Of a DNA stretch of 64,000 bases, positions 20,945 to 29,530 are shown piece after piece. The notes below the pieces were generated by a model, which ran no database searches, was not told the DNA's origin, and saw nothing but the letters and a program-made list of their open reading frames with translations. The first letter of the stretch is position 1, and every line of letters starts with the position of its first letter. A program made the translations under genes and the position numbers. The stretch comes from an uncultured Verrucomicrobiae bacterium. Its GTDB lineage: Bacteria > Verrucomicrobiota > Verrucomicrobiia > Chthoniobacterales > JAATET01. The stretch spans positions 60,098 through 124,097 of the forward strand of contig CAVRCI010000012.1 of assembly GCA_963719495.1 (NCBI GenBank). Reading direction: 5' to 3'.

Positions 20945-21020
20945 CGGCGCTCCGTCGCTGGCTTCGGTGCGCACCCCGCCTTCGCAATCCTCGGTTTGCA
21001 GCAAACTTCCGGACTATTCG

Positions 21021-21311
21021 ATGCTTTTCGGTGAATTTCCCAGCGATCGAATCACCGTTGATCCGGACGAATCCGTCCTCGAGGACTTGGCCCGGATCAC
21101 CGGCGAGAAGAAAAAAAGCCCCGCCGTCGCCCGGGCCGTCACCGAATTCATCGGTCGCAAGAAAGCCCGCGAGTTCGGGGCGCTCCTCCGCGAAGGTGCC
21201 TTCGATTACCCCGATACGAACGACGAGATCGGGAACTTCGGGCACTGGATCGCATGGTGCTCATGGATTCGTCCGGCTGGATCGAGGCGTCCCGCCGCCG
21301 GGGAGACCTGA
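21021..21311 (+). CDS. vapB: VapB-like antitoxin (ends look damaged)
   Basis: RITVD.DE..L..L..ITGEKKKSPAVARAV.EF..RKKAREFG.LLREG core directly upstream of a PIN toxin; start and stop ambiguous. Confidence 0.65.
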   Translation: MLFGEFPSDRITVDPDESVLEDLARITGEKKKSPAVARAVTEFIGRKKAREFGALLREGAFDYPDTNDEIGNFGHWIAWCSWIRPAGSRRPAAGET

Positions 21312-21679
21312 AGACCAAGGTCGCGCTCGAAGCGCTCCTCGACGAATACGTCGCTCTCTGGTGCGGCCCGGTCAAACTGGAGGTTCTCGGCGGAGCCCGC
21401 CCGGAGGAGCGGCGCAAACTCTCGTTCTTCTTCCAGACCATCCCCTACCGCGAGACCACCGACCGCCATTGGCATCTCGCGATTCAATCCGCCTGGCGGC
21501 TCCGCGACCAGGGCATCACCGCCCCGTGGAGCGACGTCCTCATTGCCACCCTCGCCGTTGATTGGCAGGTCCGCGTCTTCGCCCGCGATCAGCACTTCGA
21601 AGCCATGGCCCCGATCCTCGGCTTCACCCTCTACGCCCCCGGCTACGGCGGCACCTACACGCCCGACAACGCGGCCTGA
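21254..21679 (+). CDS. vapC: PIN-domain toxin (VapC family)
   Basis: MVLMDSS.WI, LEVL.G, D.LIA, VFARD.HF acidic PIN motifs. Confidence 0.88.
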   Translation: MVLMDSSGWIEASRRRGDLKTKVALEALLDEYVALWCGPVKLEVLGGARPEERRKLSFFFQTIPYRETTDRHWHLAIQSAWRLRDQGITAPWSDVLIATLAVDWQVRVFARDQHFEAMAPILGFTLYAPGYGGTYTPDNAA

Positions 21680-22674
21680 CCGAATCCGCGAAAGGTCGGC
21701 ACGACATCGACATCCAAAGCGTCGCCGTCCGGATTCGCCGAAAATTGGTGCGACGCCACGAACGCAATCATCGCCGCGTTATCCGTCCGCAACGCCGGCT
21801 CCGCGACCCGCAGTTCGACCCCGAGCCGCTCCGCCATCCCGCCCGCCCGCTCGCGCAATCGCCGGTTCGAACTCACCCCACCACTCAGCGCCAGGCAGCG
21901 CCGATCCGTTCCCGCCAGCGCCCGCTCGGCCTTTCCAACCAGCACCTCGACAACGGCCTCCTGAAACGACGCGCACGCGTCGGCCAGCCGCGGCTTTTCC
22001 TTCTCGAAGCAATACCGCACCGCCGTCTTCAGTCCGCTGAAACTGAACTGGTAATCCCCCGAATGCAGCATGCTTCGCGGAAACGCGTAGGCCGCCGCGT
22101 CCCCCTCCGCCGCCAGCCGGTCGATCTCGATTCCGCCCGGATAACCCAGCCCGAGCAGCTTCGCGACTTTGTCGAATGCCTCGCCCGCCGCGTCGTCGAC
22201 CGTCGCTCCCAGCACCTCGTAAGCCCCGTAACCCGCCACGTCGACAAGCATCGTGTGGCCACCGCTCACCACCAATCCCACGTGCGGCGCAATCTCCGGT
22301 TCGCCAAAAAACGGCGACAACAAATGCCCCTCCATGTGATTCACCGCGACAAAGGGCCGACCCGCCCCGATCGCCAGCGCCTTCCCCATCGCCACGCCCA
22401 CCACCAGAGCCGCCGGCAATCCCGGACCCGTCGTCGCCGAGAAATAATCCACCGCCGCGAGCTCGATCCCAGCCGACACCAGCGCCCGCTCCACCAGTCC
22501 CGGCAGAATCTCCGAATGACTCCGCGACGCCACTTCGGGCACGACCCCGCCGTAGGCGGAATGAATCTCCGCCTGCGACCAGACCTCGCTCGCCAGCAAC
22601 TCACCGTGCCCGCGCAACACGGCCACCGCCGTCTCGTCGCACGACGTCTCGATCGCCAATCCAACCATCGTCAC
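21655..22674 (-). CDS. tsaD: tRNA threonylcarbamoyltransferase subunit TsaD
   Basis: LAIETSCDET, YGGVVPEVASR.H, NHMEGH, VSGGHT, DDAAGEAFDK, FSFSGLKT, TDNAAMI. Confidence 0.97.
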   Translation of the reverse strand: MTMVGLAIETSCDETAVAVLRGHGELLASEVWSQAEIHSAYGGVVPEVASRSHSEILPGLVERALVSAGIELAAVDYFSATTGPGLPAALVVGVAMGKALAIGAGRPFVAVNHMEGHLLSPFFGEPEIAPHVGLVVSGGHTMLVDVAGYGAYEVLGATVDDAAGEAFDKVAKLLGLGYPGGIEIDRLAAEGDAAAYAFPRSMLHSGDYQFSFSGLKTAVRYCFEKEKPRLADACASFQEAVVEVLVGKAERALAGTDRRCLALSGGVSSNRRLRERAGGMAERLGVELRVAEPALRTDNAAMIAFVASHQFSANPDGDALDVDVVPTFRGFGQAALSGV

Positions 22675-22702
22675 CCGCCCCGACCGAACGCCTCAGCCGC
22701 CG

Positions 22703-23980
22703 CTATCCGCGGCTCGGCTTCCCCGATTTCTCCTTGTCCGAATACAGCAGCACACCTGTGATCGCGTCCACGGCACGATCGAGCTGCGGATCGGTCACGC
22801 TGGATTCCATCGTCGCATCCGCCAGCCCGGGGACGGACCGCCGCCGCCGCTCGCGGTAAAGCTCCGCCTCCTCGGCCAGCGTCATCGTGCAGCGAATGTC
22901 GGGATCGACGCCGTGCTCGTGGATCGGGCGGCGACTCGGCGTGTAGTATTTCTGCGTCGTGAACCGCATCGCCGATCCGTCCGGCAGCGATACGACACTT
23001 TGAACCGATCCTTTCCCGAACGTTGTTTCGCCCACGAGAATCGCTCGATTCAGGTCCTTGAGCGCACCGGCCACAATCTCCGAGCCGCTCGCGCTGGAAT
23101 TATTGATCAGGATCGCCACGGGATAAGTGCGGGTCCCGCCGGGCATCCGCCGCGTCGTGTATTCCCGCGACGGCGACCGGCCTTCCGTCGAGACGACCCG
23201 CGTATTCGGCGGGAGAAATTGCGCGCAAACGTCGACCGCGCTCCCGAGCAAACCACCCGGATTGAAACGCAGATCCAACACCAACGCTTCCATTCCCTCC
23301 TCCTCCAGCCCGTCGAGTGCCTGGCCCAGCTCGGCCGCGGTGGGCTCGTTGAATTGCTCGACCCGCACGTAGCCCACCTTGTGCCCCGCCGTCCGGCCTT
23401 CCGGTATGATCTGAGCATCGACCACACTCGGGACCTTGATCACCGCACGCGCGAGCGTCACGTCCTTGAGCGTCCGGGTCGCTGGTTGCCCGATGGTGAG
23501 AGTCACCTTCTCGCCGGCTTCCCCGCGCAGCATTTCGACCGCGTCGCCCATCGTGAGCCGGTCCGTCGAGATGTTGTTGATCTTGCGAATCTGATCCCCC
23601 GGCAGCAGCCCCGCGTTGAAGCCCGGCGTCCCGTCGGCGACGCCGATGATCGTGAGCAGACCACCCTTCGTCGTGACCGTCACGCCGAGTCCGCCGAATT
23701 CACTCTTCGTATCCTCCTGCATCCCCTTGAAGTCCCGCGGATCCATGAACGAACTGTGCGGATCGAGTTCCGAAAGCATTCCCCGCATCGCGCTGTAAGT
23801 CAGGTCCTTGAACGACGTTTTCTCTCCGTCGACGTAATCCTGCCGGATCAACTGCATGGCTCGCGCCAGCACCTGCATGCTCTCGTAGGGCGAATCATCC
23901 TCCGCCTTCTCGTCCGCGCCCCGGGCCAGGCCCAAACCCACCACCAAAACGACTCCGCAGCCCGCCAGCCAATTTTTCAT
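22703..23980 (-). CDS. ctpA: S41 carboxyl-terminal processing protease with PDZ domain
   Basis: LDPHS, FGGLG (PDZ), LDLRFNPGGLL, SASGSEIVAGAL.D..RA..VGE.TFGKGSVQ. Confidence 0.92.
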   Translation of the reverse strand: MKNWLAGCGVVLVVGLGLARGADEKAEDDSPYESMQVLARAMQLIRQDYVDGEKTSFKDLTYSAMRGMLSELDPHSSFMDPRDFKGMQEDTKSEFGGLGVTVTTKGGLLTIIGVADGTPGFNAGLLPGDQIRKINNISTDRLTMGDAVEMLRGEAGEKVTLTIGQPATRTLKDVTLARAVIKVPSVVDAQIIPEGRTAGHKVGYVRVEQFNEPTAAELGQALDGLEEEGMEALVLDLRFNPGGLLGSAVDVCAQFLPPNTRVVSTEGRSPSREYTTRRMPGGTRTYPVAILINNSSASGSEIVAGALKDLNRAILVGETTFGKGSVQSVVSLPDGSAMRFTTQKYYTPSRRPIHEHGVDPDIRCTMTLAEEAELYRERRRRSVPGLADATMESSVTDPQLDRAVDAITGVLLYSDKEKSGKPSRG

Positions 23981-24669
23981 GCCGAAAAACTACCACAATC
24001 CGGCCGCCGCGAAAGGGCCGCGTAGGCCTCGGCGAGTTCCTCCCCCGGCACCACCACCGAATCATACCACCGGTTCAGATGCCGCAGGATCGCGACGAGC
24101 ACCGCCTCCCGCTCCACCACCCGGCCCGCCGCCAGCGCCAGCGAAGTCGCCGAAGCCCGCAGCTCGATCGGAAAATCCGCCACCGCGTGCCCCACGTTCA
24201 CCCCGATCCCCAGCACCGCGAAGGATTCCCGCCCCGTGCGCGCCTCGGTCAGAATCCCCGCCACCTTCCGCCCACTGAGAAACACGTCGTTCGGCGGCTT
24301 GATCCGCGGCGTCAGCCCCGTCGCCTCCGCGACCCCACCCGCCACCGCCACCGCCGCCAGGGGCGTCACCCGTTCCAAAAACTCCGCGCCCCACGCCGGC
24401 CGCAGCAGCACCGAAAACCAAAGCCCCACCCCACCCAACGAATCCCACCGCCGGCCATACTGACCCCGCCCCCGCGTCTGCCGATCCGCGACCACCACCG
24501 CCCCCTCGACCGCACCCCCGATCGCCATCTCCCGCACCAAATCATTCGTCGAAGCCGTTTCCCGAAAAACCAAAACCCGTCGCCCGATGGCGCCGACACC
24601 CAGCGCCTCCCGCACCCGATCCGGATCCAGATCCACCGCCGAGAACGCACTTTTGACCGCAGACATCAC
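23977..24669 (-). CDS. birA: Biotin--[acetyl-CoA-carboxylase] ligase (no N-terminal HTH)
   Basis: STND, Q..GRG..GR.W, IK.PNDV, KVAGIL.E, GIGVNV. Confidence 0.92.
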   Translation of the reverse strand: MMSAVKSAFSAVDLDPDRVREALGVGAIGRRVLVFRETASTNDLVREMAIGGAVEGAVVVADRQTRGRGQYGRRWDSLGGVGLWFSVLLRPAWGAEFLERVTPLAAVAVAGGVAEATGLTPRIKPPNDVFLSGRKVAGILTEARTGRESFAVLGIGVNVGHAVADFPIELRASATSLALAAGRVVEREAVLVAILRHLNRWYDSVVVPGEELAEAYAALSRRPDCGSFSA

Positions 24670-24750
24670 AGATTTCGCGGATAATTACCCAACGAGCCAG
24701 TCACCTCATTCATCCCCTCACCATCCGCGTAATCCGCGTAATCTGCGGTT
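24655..24750. repeat. Inverted pair of triple 9-10-nt repeats (ACCGCAGAT-TACGCGGAT type)
   Basis: Left arm gaccgcagac-atcacagat-ttcgcggat (24655-24682); right arm atccgcgta-atccgcgta-atctgcggtt (24723-24750). Confidence 0.75.
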
Positions 24751-24763
24751 GAAATTCTCACCC

Positions 24764-25609
24764 TCACAGATCTCGGATCAACTCCAGCGACAAGTCCACC
24801 GCCACGGCCGAATGCGTCAGCGCCCCGATCGAAACGAAGTCCACCCCGGTCTTCGCCACGCTCCGCACCGTCCGCAGGTCGATCCCCCCACTCGCCTCCA
24901 ACTCGATCCCCGCCGGGCGTCGGGCCACCGCCTCGCGCATCACGTCCAACGGCATGTTGTCCAGCAGCACGATGTCGACCCCCGGAATCTCGAAGAACGC
25001 CAACGCCTGCTCCAGCGTGTCCGCCTCCACCTCCACCCGCACCTCCGGCCGCTCCCCCTTCACCCGGGCGATCCGGTCCGCCAAAGTCGCAACCTCGATC
25101 CCGCCGACCAAGTGATTGTCCTTCACCATCACCCGGTCGTAGAGCCCCATTCGGTGGTTCGTCCCGCCGCCCGCCAAGACCGCCGCTTTCTCCAGCGCCC
25201 GCCAACCAGGCGTCGTCTTCCGAGTATCCAGCACCCGGCACCCCGTCCCCGCCAACGCGTCGACGAACCGCCGAGTCAAAGTCGCCACCCCGCTCAGTCG
25301 CTGTAAAAAATTCAGAGCCACCCGCTCGCCCGTCAGCATTCCCCGGGTCGACCCGGAAATCTCCAGCACCGTATCCCCCGCCACCAGAGCCTCCCCATCC
25401 TCCACCACCGCCCTCACAACCAACTCCGCATTCACCCGCCGAAAGACCTCCACCGCCAAATCGACCCCCGCCACCACGCAATCCCCCTTGGAAAAAATCC
25501 GCCCCGCACTCCGCCGCCCCGCATCGGTAAAAAACAGCGAAGTGACGTCCCCCGACCCAACATCCTCCGCCAGAGCCAACCCAATCAAATCATCCCCGTA
25601 TTCTTTCAC
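24764..25609 (-). CDS. nadC: Nicotinate-nucleotide diphosphorylase (quinolinate PRTase)
   Basis: ALAEDVG.GDVT, ERVALNFLQRLSGVAT, DTRKTTPG, NHRMGL.D.VMVKDNH, LLDNM, EASGGI. Confidence 0.97.
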   Translation of the reverse strand: MKEYGDDLIGLALAEDVGSGDVTSLFFTDAGRRSAGRIFSKGDCVVAGVDLAVEVFRRVNAELVVRAVVEDGEALVAGDTVLEISGSTRGMLTGERVALNFLQRLSGVATLTRRFVDALAGTGCRVLDTRKTTPGWRALEKAAVLAGGGTNHRMGLYDRVMVKDNHLVGGIEVATLADRIARVKGERPEVRVEVEADTLEQALAFFEIPGVDIVLLDNMPLDVMREAVARRPAGIELEASGGIDLRTVRSVAKTGVDFVSIGALTHSAVAVDLSLELIRDL

Positions 25610-25673
25610 CCCTTTGCGTCCTTCGCGTTCTTCTGTTAAAAAAACCCCGGCAACCCGCGCCAGCGGGAGCCGC

Positions 25674-26723
25674 TCACACCGGCAACCCGATCAACTCCCG
25701 CTGCCACCGCATGAGACTATCCGCGGTCTCGTCGTTCGCCACCGCCTCCAATGCCCCGCGCGAAGCCACGATCGAAGGATCCAACCCCAACTCACTCGCC
25801 GCCCGATCCCGCACGACCTTCAGTTCGTCAAACCGATCCACCTGCGCCTGCGTCCGCCGCAATCCCCGTTTCCGGATCGGCTGAGGCCACTCGGCCTCCG
25901 GCACCTGAAGTGCCAGCGCCAACGCCACGTCAAAACTCCGCCGACGCCGATTCGTCAGCCGAGGCGTCGAAAACGCCTGACCCCGACTCGCCCGCTCCGA
26001 CAGCTCCAGCAAATCCCGGTTCCCCATCACGTGAAACGGCGGCCGATCCCAGTCCCGCGACTCCGTATCGCGCCAGTGCCACAGCACCCGGAGCACCGAC
26101 TGCGCCCGCGTCGACAACTTCGCCGAACCCGAGATCCGCCACACCGTCTCCTCGTCCCGCTCCCGCGTCTCCCGCGACGCCGCGATGATCCGCACGATGG
26201 ATTCCTGAAACCAATCCCAACGCCCCAGCCGCCGCAGCTCGGCCTCGATTTCCTCGCAAATCTTCAGCAGATACCGCGTGTCGTTCACCGCGTATTCCAG
26301 CATCTGCTCCGGCAGCGGCCGCAGCGCCCAGTTCGCCTTCTGCGACGACTTCGAGAGCGTCACGCCAAAGTATTTCTCCACTAAAGCCGAGTAACCCAGC
26401 GCATCGAACCCACACAGCCGCGCCCCGATCATCGTGTCGAAAATCTCGCCCGGCTCGAACGTCCCCGACTTCCGCAGCATCCGCAGATCGTAGTCCGCCC
26501 CGTGAAAAATCACCCGCCGCCCCGCGAACACGTCGAGAAAAGGTTGCAGCGGCATGTCCGCCAGCGGGTCCACCAGATCGTCGCCATCCGGCGTCGACAC
26601 CTGAATCAAACAAAGCTTTTCGAAGTAGCAATGCAGACTGTCCGCCTCGGTATCGAGCGCGATGGTCGAGTGACCCTCCAGCCGCCCGATGAACTGCTCG
26701 AGCGCTTCCGACGTCGAAATCAA
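25674..26723 (-). CDS. rnd: Ribonuclease D (3'-5' exonuclease + HRDC)
   Basis: IALDTEADS, LCLIQ, FHGADYDL, FDT, W..RPL...ML.YA..DT. Confidence 0.9.
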   Translation of the reverse strand: MISTSEALEQFIGRLEGHSTIALDTEADSLHCYFEKLCLIQVSTPDGDDLVDPLADMPLQPFLDVFAGRRVIFHGADYDLRMLRKSGTFEPGEIFDTMIGARLCGFDALGYSALVEKYFGVTLSKSSQKANWALRPLPEQMLEYAVNDTRYLLKICEEIEAELRRLGRWDWFQESIVRIIAASRETRERDEETVWRISGSAKLSTRAQSVLRVLWHWRDTESRDWDRPPFHVMGNRDLLELSERASRGQAFSTPRLTNRRRRSFDVALALALQVPEAEWPQPIRKRGLRRTQAQVDRFDELKVVRDRAASELGLDPSIVASRGALEAVANDETADSLMRWQRELIGLPV

Positions 26724-27319
26724 GACAGTCGTGAGTTGTCCTCGTCCGGCACGAGTTCACCCGGACGACGCGCCCGCGGCTCGCGAGCCTGCGTATTCCC
26801 CTCGACCGGCACCGTCACGAACGGACCACCAGCCAGCGGCGCCACCTCCGTAAACGCCACGTCCGGCACGTCGCTCGGCTTCCCCTCGAGCGGGAAATCC
26901 TTGCGCAGCGGGTAATACGGATAGCCGTCCCACATCAGGATGCGGCGCAGATCGGGATGATTCGCGAATCGGATCCCCATCATGTCGAAGATCTCGCGCT
27001 CGTGCCAATCCGCCGTCGGCCACAGATCCGACACCGTCGGCGCCTCCGCCTCGTCCTCCGGCAGCTGAATCTTCACGCGCAAGTGCCCGTGAGTCGCCAT
27101 CGAGTAAAGTTCGTAGACGATCTCCCACCGCGGCTCGGTCTCGAAATGATCCACGCTCGTGATGTCGATCAGGTAGTCGTAACCCAGCTCCGATTTGCAA
27201 AAACCCAGCACGTCCCGCAACGCCGTCGGCAGAATCGAAACCGACGTCTCGCCCCGGAATTCCTTCGTCTCCAGCACCGCGTCCGGGAATTTTTCCTTAA
27301 TTTTGTCCGCCTTCTCCAT
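26720..27319 (-). CDS. nuoC: NADH-quinone oxidoreductase subunit C
   Basis: WPTADWHERE.FDM.GI.F..HPDLRRILM....YPLRKDFP. Confidence 0.95.
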   Translation of the reverse strand: MEKADKIKEKFPDAVLETKEFRGETSVSILPTALRDVLGFCKSELGYDYLIDITSVDHFETEPRWEIVYELYSMATHGHLRVKIQLPEDEAEAPTVSDLWPTADWHEREIFDMMGIRFANHPDLRRILMWDGYPYYPLRKDFPLEGKPSDVPDVAFTEVAPLAGGPFVTVPVEGNTQAREPRARRPGELVPDEDNSRLS

Positions 27320-27331
27320 CTGAAAAATCGA

Positions 27332-27853
27332 TCAAGCCGGTTCGAGCATCGCCCGCTTCTGGTCCTCGACCGCGTGCTCGCCCATGATCTTGTGCTGCAG
27401 CTTCATCAGCCCATCGAGCAACGCCTCCGGCCGCGGCGGGCAACCCGAGATGTAAACGTCCACCGGTAGCAAGTGATCGATCCCCTGCAGCACCGCGTAG
27501 CTGCGATACATCCCGCCGCTCGAGGCGCACGCGCCCATCGCGATCACCCACTTCGGCTCCGGCATCTGATCGTAGATCCGTTTGACCGCCAACGCCATTT
27601 TGTAGGTCACCGTCCCGGCCACGATCATCACGTCGGACTGACGCGGCGAAAACCGCATCACCTCCGCGCCAAATCGCGAAATATCGAACCTCGAAGACGA
27701 GGCCGCCATCAGCTCGATCGCGCAACAGGCCAGCCCCATCGGCATCGGCCAAAGGGAATTCGACCGCATCCAATTGATTGCGGCATCCACGCGGGTAAAA
27801 ATTACATTCCCCTCCACCTTCGAATCATACGCCACCGGGCTCTCCACACTCAT
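27332..27853 (-). CDS. nuoB: NADH-quinone oxidoreductase subunit B
   Basis: [47 protein letters not shown] at 27853. Confidence 0.96.
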   Translation of the reverse strand: MSVESPVAYDSKVEGNVIFTRVDAAINWMRSNSLWPMPMGLACCAIELMAASSSRFDISRFGAEVMRFSPRQSDVMIVAGTVTYKMALAVKRIYDQMPEPKWVIAMGACASSGGMYRSYAVLQGIDHLLPVDVYISGCPPRPEALLDGLMKLQHKIMGEHAVEDQKRAMLEPA

Positions 27854-27915
27854 GCCCCGGACACTATTGAGGGACCGGAACGAATCAAGGCGGAATGTCG
27901 CCACGCCGCCACGCC

Positions 27916-28496
27916 GGGTGTGATTGAAAGTGCGTCCGAGGCAAAGCCCAAAGGTGCGAGTGAGATTGGGATCAACGAGCCAGCCCGCGTCGAGCCGCGG
28001 GTAAAGCCACCCTCGAGTGGCCATGATACCACCCGCGCGGAAAAGCAAATCTCCGGGCACCCTCGGAGTCGGCGGCAGAGCGCCCCAACCAATCCATTAC
28101 CTGTAAAATCTGACGGCCGTCACCTTTTACAGGTAATGGATTGGTGGCGAGGTCCTCGGAAGAGCCCGGGCCTTACTGCTGGCGGGCCGGAGCTTGCCCG
28201 TCGGAAGGCCGCGGATCCGGGGGTCCCCGGACGGGGAGTGGCGAGCGAACGAATAAACGAACGAACGAACGAATGAATCCGCTCCCGATAAAACGTAACG
28301 GCCGTTACGTTTTATCGGTCGACTCCGTGGGAATTGGGGGGGCGTCTGGATGAGGCTGGAGACCCGATGCTGCGAGGCCTTGGACCGTGGCGATCTCCCA
28401 CGGACTCGTCGCCAGCCTCCTGGCGTCCCCTCGGTTAGACGTTGTTGGCGTTCACGAGATTCTTCTTCTGATCAGGACGCGCTTTCGATCACACCC
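27916..28496. mobile_element. MITE-like non-coding element, copy 2
   Basis: TIRs gggtgtgattgaaagtgcgtcc / ggacgcgctttcgatcacaccc (20/22 match); palindromes at 28088-28145 and 28285-28318. Confidence 0.72.
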
Positions 28497-28526
28497 CTCC
28501 GCGCCAGCGGCCTATTCCCCAGGCCC

Positions 28527-28559
28527 TGTCATGCTGAGCAAAGCGAAGCATCTCTGGCT
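28527..28559. repeat. TGTCATGCTGAGCGAAGCGAAGCATCTC dispersed repeat
   Basis: Related copies at 32997-33029 and 51152-51184. Confidence 0.75.
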
Positions 28560-28639
28560 GACACTGCATTCGCCCCCACGCTCAGGCTGAACGAGCCAAA
28601 GACCCTCCACCAGTCACCAGTCACCAATCAAGCCACCCA

Positions 28640-29530
28640 TCACGCCCGCGGATGAAACTGCTTGTGCACCGCCTTCAGCCGCTTCCCATCGACGTGGGTA
28701 TAAATCTGCGTCGTCGCGATGTCCGCGTGCCCCAGCAGTTCCTGAATGATCCGCAGATCCGCCCCGTTGCTCAGCAAATGTGTCGCGAAACTGTGCCGCA
28801 ACAAGTGCGGATACACGTTCGCCTCCAGCCCCGCGAGCGCCGCGTATTGCTTCACCAATTGCCACACGCGCTGGGGCGTCAGCCGCTTCCCGCGCACCGA
28901 CAGAAAAATTTCCGCCCCCGTCTTCGGCGCGACCAGCGTCGGGCGTTCCTTCGTCAGATACCGCCCGATCGCCTCCCGCGCCTGCGACCCCACCGGCACC
29001 ATCCGCGTCTTGTTCCCCTTGCCCGTCACCCGGATCCACCCCGCCTCGGCGTCGAAATTCTCCAGCCGCGCGTTGCACAATTCCGAGATCCGCAACCCCG
29101 ACGCGTAGAGCAGCTCGATGATCGCCCGATTCCGCAGCCCCAGTGGATCCGTCTCGTCCACCGCCTCGATCAGCCGCTCCACGTCCGGCAGATTCAGCGT
29201 GTCCGGCAGATACCGCTCGATCCGCGGGATCCCGATGAACTCCGCCGGATCAATCCGCAAATGCCCGCGCGTCACCAGAAACCGAAAGAAAATCCGGATC
29301 GCCACCGCCTCGACCTTGATCGAAGCCGCCGCCAACCCCGCCCGTTTCCGGTGCGCGAGGTAATCGCTGATCTGACCCGCCTCGACCGCCCCCGGCTCGG
29401 TCACCCGCGCCGTCGACGCCAGCCATTGCGCAAACGTCTCCAGCGACCGCCGGGTGGAAAGTTGGTAATTCGTCGACAACCCGCGTTCGACCGCGAGGAA
29501 GATGATGAATTCCTCAACGAACGACTCCAT
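28640..29530 (-). CDS. xerD: Site-specific tyrosine recombinase XerD
   Basis: LRNRAIIELLYASGLRISEL, GKGNK.R.VP, PHLLRHSFATHLL..GADLR.IQELLGHADI.TTQIYTHV. Confidence 0.9.
   Translation of the reverse strand: MESFVEEFIIFLAVERGLSTNYQLSTRRSLETFAQWLASTARVTEPGAVEAGQISDYLAHRKRAGLAAASIKVEAVAIRIFFRFLVTRGHLRIDPAEFIGIPRIERYLPDTLNLPDVERLIEAVDETDPLGLRNRAIIELLYASGLRISELCNARLENFDAEAGWIRVTGKGNKTRMVPVGSQAREAIGRYLTKERPTLVAPKTGAEIFLSVRGKRLTPQRVWQLVKQYAALAGLEANVYPHLLRHSFATHLLSNGADLRIIQELLGHADIATTQIYTHVDGKRLKAVHKQFHPRA

Noticed and set aside
20358..21020. N-terminal part of the 317-aa ORF as a transposase
   Set aside because: No transposase motifs, and the frame is not conserved in the second copy of the element.
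28088..28318. Palindromes as the chromosomal dif site
   Set aside because: They do not match the XerC/XerD 11-6-11 consensus and occur four times.
28640..29530. Tyrosine recombinase as a phage or island integrase
   Set aside because: Size and motifs fit housekeeping XerD; it overlaps purC, and no att/tRNA site or cargo is visible.
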